DNA of 64,000 bases from an uncultured Candidatus Rokubacteria bacterium (GTDB taxonomy: Bacteria > Methylomirabilota > Methylomirabilia > Rokubacteriales > CSP1-6), in the NCBI GenBank assembly GCA_963754315.1, contig CAVWFS010000011.1:128001-192000 (forward strand), written 5' to 3'. The first letter of the stretch is position 1; every line of letters begins with the position of its first letter. This document shows positions 57,143 through 64,000 of the stretch, in pieces. Made by a program: the position numbers and the translations under genes. The notes beneath the pieces were generated by a model. It was not told where the DNA came from. It saw nothing but the letters and a program-made list of their open reading frames with translations, and ran no database searches.

Positions 57143-57866
57143 CCCCGATGAACGCTTCGGCCGGAGCTCGGGTATCGTTCGTATCGATAGAGAGGGCGAC
57201 CGCCTGGACGGGTTCGGGTTCCTCGCCGTAGACGGAACGATAGTCCGCGCGGACGTCGCGGCGCTCGGTGAGCCAGCGGGCGAGGTCGGCGCTTCCCGAT
57301 CGCACGATGACGAAGGTGACGGTGGAAGTCTTCTGGCTGCGCTCGATCGTGTTGGCGGGGGCCGTGCTGTCCCACGCATAGGCCAGGATTCGTGAGCGTA
57401 TGAGCCGGGGGGCGCGCGGCCATACCACGAGAAGATGCGCAGATAGGTCCGACGTGGCCGCCCGGCGAACGTCGGCTCCGTCCGGAAGGCGGACGGTCTT
57501 CCAGCTCCACTCGAGGATCGGGGTGGTCGTGAGATCGACGCGTACTGCGCGTGCGATAGTTGACCGATCGCCGTGACTTTTGAGATGGAGGGCTCGCCGG
57601 CCATCGACGGTCACCACGGTGAAGTCGTACGCTGGCCTCCCGCCGGGGGTGGAGTAGGGTTCCCATCCGGAGGGGATACCGCGAGCTCCGGGCGAGCGCT
57701 GACGCCAGTCCTCGACAACCGTTGACTCAGCCGCGGCGGCGACGCGCGGGGTGACGCTCAACAGCATGCTGGCTGCGGTGACCCCCGCGGCGGCCACAAA
57801 AGTCCGTCGGGTGAGAGCGGTGGGCGGCGACATCGGCCGAATCGCGTAGCTGCTCTTACCGGGCAT
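57120..57866 (-). CDS. DUF3047-family protein with Tat signal
   Basis: TRRTFV twin-arginine motif; PILEWSWK, LAYAWD, ERRDVRADY, IDTNDT. Confidence 0.85.
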   Translation of the reverse strand: MPGKSSYAIRPMSPPTALTRRTFVAAAGVTAASMLLSVTPRVAAAAESTVVEDWRQRSPGARGIPSGWEPYSTPGGRPAYDFTVVTVDGRRALHLKSHGDRSTIARAVRVDLTTTPILEWSWKTVRLPDGADVRRAATSDLSAHLLVVWPRAPRLIRSRILAYAWDSTAPANTIERSQKTSTVTFVIVRSGSADLARWLTERRDVRADYRSVYGEEPEPVQAVALSIDTNDTRAPAEAFIGAISFQPR

Positions 57867-57874
57867 GGGGGCCC

Positions 57875-58366
57875 TCAGGACCGGTCGGCCACCGCGTGGG
57901 GTGGCCGCCGTCTGAGCATGATAAGAGATGCCACGAGAGCCACGACCATGATCGTCAGGATCGAGAGTTCGATCATGGCATTACGAAACGTCTCGGTACC
58001 GACCTCGGCGAGCTTTGCGAACTCAGCCGTCAACACGAGGATGCGTCGGGTGGCTGCGATGAGGCCCACGATGATGAAGGGCTCAGGGATCAAGGTGTGC
58101 TCGCGAAAGGACACCTGGACCGTGTAGAGAAGCTCCACGATCATCAACACGAGCAGCATCTGATCCAGCAGGCTGACGATTCGAGCCGGCAGCTCGCCGG
58201 CGAGCAGGCTGCGCCCAAAGACGAGCGCCACGTCCACGAGCAGTACCACAGCTGTCCCCGCCAGAAGGATCGCCAGGCTGATATACACCACGTCCTCGAC
58301 CAGTGTGAAGCCCTTGGCGATCCAGTCGCGACTCTCAGTACTCGTCTTGCTCACGCGCGTCGACAT
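57875..58366 (-). CDS. PsiE-like membrane protein
   Basis: LLVLMIVELLYTV, EPFIIVGLIAATRRILV. Confidence 0.85.
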   Translation of the reverse strand: MSTRVSKTSTESRDWIAKGFTLVEDVVYISLAILLAGTAVVLLVDVALVFGRSLLAGELPARIVSLLDQMLLVLMIVELLYTVQVSFREHTLIPEPFIIVGLIAATRRILVLTAEFAKLAEVGTETFRNAMIELSILTIMVVALVASLIMLRRRPPHAVADRS

Positions 58367-58411
58367 GACGGCGCCCCTTGCCGGCGAAGAAAATACATGC
58401 TTCCGCATCAA

Positions 58412-58426
58412 GCAACCCTGATGCCT
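58412..58426 (-). promoter_or_regulatory. sigma-54 -24/-12 promoter
   Basis: AGGCATCAGGGTTGC(T). Confidence 0.65.
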
Positions 58427-58444
58427 GGCGCAGCGGGATCTGGC

Positions 58445-58459
58445 GGGCACGAGGCTTGC
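58445..58459 (+). promoter_or_regulatory. sigma-54 -24/-12 promoter
   Basis: GGGCACGAGGCTTGC, back-to-back with 58412. Confidence 0.65.
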
Positions 58460-58496
58460 CACCCCAGGACGCATTGCGCGTATGAGGGAGGATCCA

Positions 58497-58733
58497 ATGG
58501 ACACGAGACGGTCCATGCTCGAACACGAGCGAAGGCATGTTCGCATTGCCAGGCTGAACAACGCTCTCCAGCGCCTAGAAGACGGTTCCTACGGCACCTG
58601 TGAGCATTGCGGGGAACCGATCGACCGCAAACGTCTGCGCGCCGTGCCCGAGGCCACGTCCTGCGTCGCGTGTCAGGGGGCCCTGGAACGGCTCCATCAG
58701 CTACGGCTTACTCGAGGGGGCAGTGTGTTGTGA
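58497..58733 (+). CDS. DksA/TraR C4-type zinc-finger protein (short)
   Basis: GGAGG RBS; ALQRLEDGSYGTCEHCGEPIDRKRLRAVPEATSCVACQ. Confidence 0.88.
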   Translation: MDTRRSMLEHERRHVRIARLNNALQRLEDGSYGTCEHCGEPIDRKRLRAVPEATSCVACQGALERLHQLRLTRGGSVL

Positions 58734-58749
58734 CCGCCGAGGGTCCGGG

Positions 58750-58959
58750 CTACCCGTTGATCTCCGGATCGCCTTCGTCCACCCAGGGGTCGACCGGCCG
58801 CTGGGGAATCCCCGTCCGGTAGGAGCGACTCCCCGCCCGCTGAAGCGGCCGGACGCGTGTGCGCCGGCCGCGCGGGCCGAGCGGCAGATTCGTGCGAATG
58901 TCGTTTGCGGGAGCGACGTCGCGCTTTCGTCTCGGCCGGGACCCCTGCTTCTTGTCCAT
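58750..58959 (-). CDS. Small Arg-rich hypothetical protein
   Basis: GGAGG RBS before ATG; 69 aa. Confidence 0.5.
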   Translation of the reverse strand: MDKKQGSRPRRKRDVAPANDIRTNLPLGPRGRRTRVRPLQRAGSRSYRTGIPQRPVDPWVDEGDPEING

Positions 58960-59150
58960 GACGTCCTCCAGTGGAAGGGACGGGACGGCACTGGAGGCTC
59001 TAGCCTCCAGTGCCGCTCCCCTATGTGAACGAGGCGAAAGGCCTCGGGATTGTCGGCGACCCTCTTCTCGACCTTCCTGCTTCTGCTCTATTCAATATGC
59101 TCTGCTCTAGTCAAATGCCGTGCCGTCGAGCGTCGGCCACGGCGATTCGG

Positions 59151-59165
59151 TGGCACGCAGGGTGC
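59151..59165 (+). promoter_or_regulatory. sigma-54 -24/-12 promoter
   Basis: TGGCACGCAGGGTGC(T). Confidence 0.55.
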
Positions 59166-59178
59166 TCCTCCACGCGGC

Positions 59179-59583
59179 ATGGAACGACTCTCTGACACGA
59201 AAGCCGACATGTTTCGCTCGATAGCAGCAGGATCGATCTCTTCCGACCTATGTTTTGAAGAAAGTTCCACGTCGACGCGGACCAAGGTTCGATCCGTATT
59301 GCTGGCCACATGGCGCTGTGTGCGCGGGCCGGTTGGAGTAGCGCTCGCAGTGACTGGTCTGGTGGGCCTTGTCTTGCCGATCGTGCCGGGCCTCCCGCTG
59401 CTATTGATCGGACTCGGCGTTCTCGGTCGTGAGCATCCGCTTTCGCGATGGGTAGCAGGCTGGGCGACGCGACACCGAGGTGTCGACCGTGTCCTTCGTC
59501 GCATGAAACTGGCAGCGATCCTGCCCCTCCCGACCGGTGCATTGACGCCGGATCTCGTGCAAACGAGGCGATGGGGAAGCTGA
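59179..59583 (+). CDS. PGPGW-like small membrane protein
   Basis: GLVGLVLPIVPGLPLLLIGLGVLGREH; start uncertain. Confidence 0.5.
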   Translation: MERLSDTKADMFRSIAAGSISSDLCFEESSTSTRTKVRSVLLATWRCVRGPVGVALAVTGLVGLVLPIVPGLPLLLIGLGVLGREHPLSRWVAGWATRHRGVDRVLRRMKLAAILPLPTGALTPDLVQTRRWGS

Positions 59584-59866
59584 GGCTGGGGTTCCTCCAG
59601 AGGCGCTGGCGCTGGTCCTCGGGCTGGCGCTTCTCGTGGTGATCGTGGGCATTGCTGCCTTTTTCATCGACGAACAGCTCCGGCGCACCATGGAGCGGCA
59701 GCTAAACAACCGTCTGGCGGGATACAGCGTCCGTATCGGCCAGCTCGACTTCCATCCGATCGGGTTCTCGCTCGATCTGAAGCAGGTGACTGCCACCCAG
59801 GACGCTAATCCCAGCGCCATCCTGCCGGGGTTTGACCACCAAGTACCGAGAAGCTCGCGCTCTTAA
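59571..59866 (+). pseudogene. N-terminal remnant of a DUF748/AsmA-like protein
   Basis: AAFFIDEQLRRTMERQLNNRLAGYSVRIGQLDFHPIGFSLDL; frameshifted and truncated. Confidence 0.55.
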
Positions 59867-59879
59867 AGGAGACCACTTC

Positions 59880-60533
59880 ATGATGACAAGTCGGTCACGA
59901 TGGAGGACGCTCGCCCTGGTGATCGTCGCGGCGGCGCTGGCCGTGAGTTGCTCCAAGCGACCCGCCAGCATCGAGCCAAGCGTGCGCATCGCGGCGCCTC
60001 CGCCCACGGCGGTTCCGGCCACGCCCGACCCCCCCGTGCGCGTTCCCACCGAGGAGGCGCCTGCCCCTGAAGGCCCCAGCATCACGCCAGTGCCCATACC
60101 GGAGGCGTCGAGACCGGCGGCGCCGCCCTCGACACCGCCCGCGGGGCCGGTACTCTCGGGTGCGGAGCGCCCGGTGCCGAGCGAGTTCGTGGAAGTGCGT
60201 GAGCTAGGGGACATCTTCTTCGACTTCGACCGTTACGCCCTTCGACCGGACGCACAGCGGACCTTGGCGCAAAACCTCGAGTGGATGCAGTCCAACCCGA
60301 ATGCGCTCATTCTCATCGAGGGGCACTGCGACGAGCGGGGTACCTCAGAATACAACCTGGCTCTCGGGGAACGGCGAGCCCAGGCCACGCGCAACTTCCT
60401 CGTGTCGCATGGCGTGCGCGCCGATCGCATCACGCTCGTCAGCTACGGCAAGGAGCGGCCCGCCTGCAACGAGTCGAATGAGGGATGCTGGGCGCGCAAC
60501 CGACGGGCGCACTTTCTGGCCAAGCGGATGTAG
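59880..60533 (+). CDS. pal: Peptidoglycan-associated lipoprotein
   Basis: LAVSC lipobox; Pro-rich linker; IFFDFD, IEGHCDERGTSEYNLALGERRA, SYGKERP, NRRAH. Confidence 0.94.
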   Translation: MMTSRSRWRTLALVIVAAALAVSCSKRPASIEPSVRIAAPPPTAVPATPDPPVRVPTEEAPAPEGPSITPVPIPEASRPAAPPSTPPAGPVLSGAERPVPSEFVEVRELGDIFFDFDRYALRPDAQRTLAQNLEWMQSNPNALILIEGHCDERGTSEYNLALGERRAQATRNFLVSHGVRADRITLVSYGKERPACNESNEGCWARNRRAHFLAKRM

Positions 60534-60839
60534 TCGGCGTTTCATGACGGCCCTTCTCCTCCGGTGGGTGCATTGACGGCGTCGCGCGACCCCGTTCGTG
60601 AACAGGGGAGGGGGCCACGTGGGTCTCCTCGCGATCGTGCTCCGCCCTCGCGTGGAGAGCCGCCGAATGGCTGCGCTCGCGGCCGCAGTGCTGCAAGCCG
60701 CTGTGGATGGTGGTCTTCACCGAGAGCCCCAGTCTGTTGTGTGCGCGCTCAACGCCTCGACGATGCTGGCGCTCTGGATGGCGCTGAGCAGCCTCCTCGC
60801 CTGGAGAGGGGTAGTGTGATCGGGGAGCGTGGGTGGGGG

Positions 60840-60876
60840 GTACCCGTCTTCCCGTGATCTGTACCCGTCTTCCCGT
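60840..60876 (+). repeat. 16-bp direct repeat pair
   Basis: gtacccgtcttcccgt-gatct-gtacccgtcttcccgt. Confidence 0.85.
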
Positions 60877-61671
60877 TCCCCCTCATGATCTGGATGACCT
60901 TAGCGACCTCGCCGCGACGGCATGCAGGCTTGGCGCGCCCTGGCACTGGTGATCTCGTGGCTCTGACTCTCAACGCCGGACACTCTACGGACGGAACATT
61001 GTGCCGTTCGATGCTCCCCTCGGTCCCCGCGCTCCGAGGCCACCCGGTACCTCAACGCCACGATCGACGCCTCGTCTCTCGTCTCCGTCGCCGTGCGTAA
61101 CGTGGTCCTGCACCTCGGCACCCGCTGGAGTGAGGTCAACAGGTTGACGACCGGCATAGTCCGTGCTGTTCTGCCTGATGCTGTGGCAACCGTGGCACAG
61201 CCGTCTTCAACTGCCTCTCTTTGTTCTGGGGGCACCCGTGATGGGCATCGTGCTCGCCCGGCGTCCAAACCTCGGGCGGCTCGTCGCGGCGGGTCTTTCT
61301 GGGCACGGCCGTCCCCTGAATCCTTTTCAGCGAGACGAAGCCAGTCCTGGGGCAGTCCAGCGTATTTCGAAGAGGCCGGAAGGCACCCCACGCAGGTCAA
61401 GGCGTCATCAACTTCGTGGGGGGGGCTGACCTGCCTTCGCGCCTTGCCCGGCCGCCCGGCGGCGCGCTACACTCCGGGCAGGCTGGCTGAGGCGCCGCGA
61501 GGCTCCGGGGAAGGACCGGGAAAAAGCCTAGCACTGCCGGGAAACATGCCTAGCACTCCCTAGGCTCTCTCTTGACGAGAACCGCCCAAGCGCGCTCACC
61601 CTTTTGCTTCGTCGGTCCGCAGCCCCCATCCTGCCCGCTCTCGCCGAGCGGACGTCCGAGGGGGTGGTCCC

Positions 61672-62802
61672 ATGGCAGTTGCGCGCAATGCTGATGGCCG
61701 CATGGAGGTCTTCGCGCGGGGCAAGGACCGCGCACTAATCCACATCTGGCAGGTCGGCCCGAACACCGGCTGGATCGATGAGTGGCGTTCCCTGGGCGGC
61801 CGCCTCCAGAGCGTCCCGGTCGTGGGGCGGAACACCGACGGTCGCCTGGAAGTGTTCGGCGTCGGCGACAATAACACCATCTGGCACATCTGGCAGATCG
61901 TCCCGAACGGCATCTGGTCGGGTTGGTATGACCTCGGCGGCGGAGGGGTTCTGTTGGTCGCGCCGGTCGTCGCGCACAACGCGGACGGCCGCCTGGAAGT
62001 GTTCTCCATCATGGTTCCCGACGACGTGAACGAGGGCATGCTGTACCACAAGTACCAGGCTGGGCGCGTCGCCGGCTGGTCCGACTGGGAGTCCCTCGGA
62101 CGTCCCCCCGACGCGCTGCTGTCGCGACGTTGGGACCCCACATTCCCCCAGTTCGATGTCGGCAGGAACGCCGACGGTCGTCTCGAAGCGTTCGCCGTTA
62201 CACGCGATGGCGCTCTCTGGCATACCTGGCAAAACGAGCCGAATAGCCGCCGCCCCTGGTCGGGCTGGGCTCCCCTGGGTTCGCCTCCCGGGAGGTTAGA
62301 CAAGGCACCCGTCGTGGCGCGGAATTCGGATGGGCGCCTAGAGGTATTCGCCATCACACGGGCCCCACATGAGCTCCTGCACGTCTGGCAGACCGCGCCG
62401 AACAACGGCTGGTCGGGCTGGCACTCCCTCGGGGGGACACTGACCAGCGCGCCCGCGGTGAGTCGGAATGCGGACGGGCGGCTGGAGGTCTTTGGCCGCG
62501 GACTAGATAAGCGTATCTGGCACAAATGGCAGGGTGGGCCAATCGACGGCTGGTCCGACTGGGAGCCCCTTGGCAATACACTACCCATGCTAGGACCGGG
62601 ACTGGATCCCGATGGCTTTCCAACGGTGGGGCAAAACGCTGATGGGCGGCTTCAAGTGTTCATCAGGCCCGTGGGTTACTCTCCCCGCTCCGTGGTCGAA
62701 ACGATCTGGCAACACGAGGCGGCCTGGTCGGATTGGCACACGCTCGGGAGTTGGGACGTCAATTTTAATGGCGCCTTTGGTCGGGGGCTGATCGCGCCCT
62801 AG
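61672..62802 (+). CDS. Seven-bladed beta-propeller, PLL-like (fucose-binding lectin-type) repeat protein
   Basis: Seven repeats of V[AGS]xNxDGRL[EQ]xF...WH.WQ...WSxW.SLG. Confidence 0.85.
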   Translation: MAVARNADGRMEVFARGKDRALIHIWQVGPNTGWIDEWRSLGGRLQSVPVVGRNTDGRLEVFGVGDNNTIWHIWQIVPNGIWSGWYDLGGGGVLLVAPVVAHNADGRLEVFSIMVPDDVNEGMLYHKYQAGRVAGWSDWESLGRPPDALLSRRWDPTFPQFDVGRNADGRLEAFAVTRDGALWHTWQNEPNSRRPWSGWAPLGSPPGRLDKAPVVARNSDGRLEVFAITRAPHELLHVWQTAPNNGWSGWHSLGGTLTSAPAVSRNADGRLEVFGRGLDKRIWHKWQGGPIDGWSDWEPLGNTLPMLGPGLDPDGFPTVGQNADGRLQVFIRPVGYSPRSVVETIWQHEAAWSDWHTLGSWDVNFNGAFGRGLIAP

Positions 62803-63288
62803 TACCTTACTCTCGGATCCCTTCACCTCGTCACATTACGGCTGACGGGGCAATAGAGGGTGAAGTCACCAACATCGCTGTCACGGGAACCTGCGGCGTT
62901 CCCACCAACGCGCGCTCCTGGCTGCCTTCGCGATGGTGGCTGTGGACGCGCGTGGTCAGCCGGTCCTGGCCTCGGTCGCGTACAGCATCACTGTCTTCGT
63001 CACGGTGAGCACCACCCTGGCCCGCATGCCGGCGTTCGCGCAGTCGCTACCGTCTGTCCCTGAGACTGCGCTGGCGGCGGCCGTGACCGTGCTGGCAGGC
63101 TTGGCTGGGGGTGTGCTCGCGCGGGGGGCGGTGGAGCAGCTAGAGCGCGTTCTCGTAAGGGATTAGAAGGCTCAAAGCTGCCCCGGCGGGTCCGCTACCA
63201 TGCGCTGGATCGTGTGACGTGCGGAGCCCGGGGGCCTCGGCTACTATCGCTGGAAGCTCGATGTCATTCTCGGCGGGTAGGAGGCCAG

Positions 63289-63424
63289 ATGCAGTGTCCC
63301 CGGTGCCAGCACGAAAACCTCCCCGCAGGCGAAGTTCTGCCAGGAGTGCGGTACTTCGCCGTCGCCTGCGAGATCACTTGCAGTCCCTCGCGTTGCGGGT
63401 GCAGTAGGCCAGCCGAGCCGGTGA
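63289..63424 (+). pseudogene. Double zinc-ribbon stub
   Basis: AGGAGG RBS; MQCPRCQHEN then a one-base shift to AKFCQECG, followed by an early stop. Confidence 0.55.
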
Positions 63425-63526
63425 AACATCGGTACGAGGATTGTTACGTCTTTATAAGGATCGACTTTTGGCTTCAGAAACACCACCGGCGATACCAACC
63501 ATGACGCAGCGGGAGGAGGACTGCCT

Positions 63527-64000
63527 ATGTTTGTGCATTCCGGGACAAGAATCGACCTTCGTGTCATGCGCGTAAGCCAGATCGTGGTCGTTCTATGGGC
63601 GGTCCTCTTCGCCGCCCGTTCGGCAACGGCCTTCGTCATTGTAGATCTCGGCACCCTCGGCGGCACATTCAGCATCGCCCAAGCGGTGAACCCCAGCGGG
63701 CAGATCGTCGGCTTCAGCTTCACCGGCGACGGCGAGATCCATGCGTTTTCGTGGACGAAGGCGAATGGAATGATCAATCTGGGCACCCTCAATGGGTACA
63801 CGCACAGTTTCGCCACCGCATCAACGTTAGGGGTCAAGTCGCCGGGTACAGCATGACCGCCGACGGTACCAAGACGCTTGCGTTCTTGTGGAACCCCACG
63901 ACCGGGATAATGCGTTCTCTCGGCACTCTCCCTGGCCACACTCAGAGCGTGGCCACCGCTATTAATGCTCGTGGTCAGATCGTCGGCTACAGCACCACCG
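63527..64000 (+). CDS. Exported HAF-repeat protein, frameshift near 63818, runs off the window
   Basis: GGAGG RBS; signal peptide; DLGTLGG...AVNPSGQIVG...HAFSW; continues as INVRGQVAG...AFLW...LGTLPG...AINARGQIVG. Confidence 0.8.

Noticed and set aside
62933..63166. 77-aa hydrophobic ORF
   Set aside because: No clear RBS or recognisable family; too weak to call.

Overview
GC-rich bacterial DNA. A Rokubacteria/Methylomirabilota-like host is my inference from the gene repertoire, not something the sequence proves. About 1-60 kb is a general-stress/dormancy island. Its cargo includes Ku and a LigD polymerase domain, CsbD, BON/OsmY, ElaB/YqjE-like proteins, CBS proteins, GlgX/GDE/TreZ glycogen-trehalose enzymes, lipid enzymes, a YhxC-type SDR, and many tiny membrane, metal-binding or hydrophilic proteins. 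It also has four hybrid histidine kinases, one a giant poly-HAMP kinase. The strongest non-obvious signal is regulatory. Twenty correctly oriented sigma-54 (-24/-12, GG-N10-GC) motifs sit in front of most transcription units, and an AT-rich dyad (TGWA-N5-TWCA) recurs near them. The island also encodes an NtrC-type enhancer-binding protein coupled to a degenerate, sensor-less histidine kinase. Together these suggest a sigma-54-driven general stress regulon fed by a multi-kinase phosphorelay. Other notable items are two paralogous 65-aa Cys/His proteins, an uncharacterised nucleotidyltransferase-phosphoesterase-PLD-cyclase operon, and a perfect 34-bp palindrome. Several genes carry single-base frameshifts, often at homopolymers, so some pseudogenes and fusions may be sequencing artefacts. 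No rRNA, tRNA, CRISPR array or transposase was recognised.
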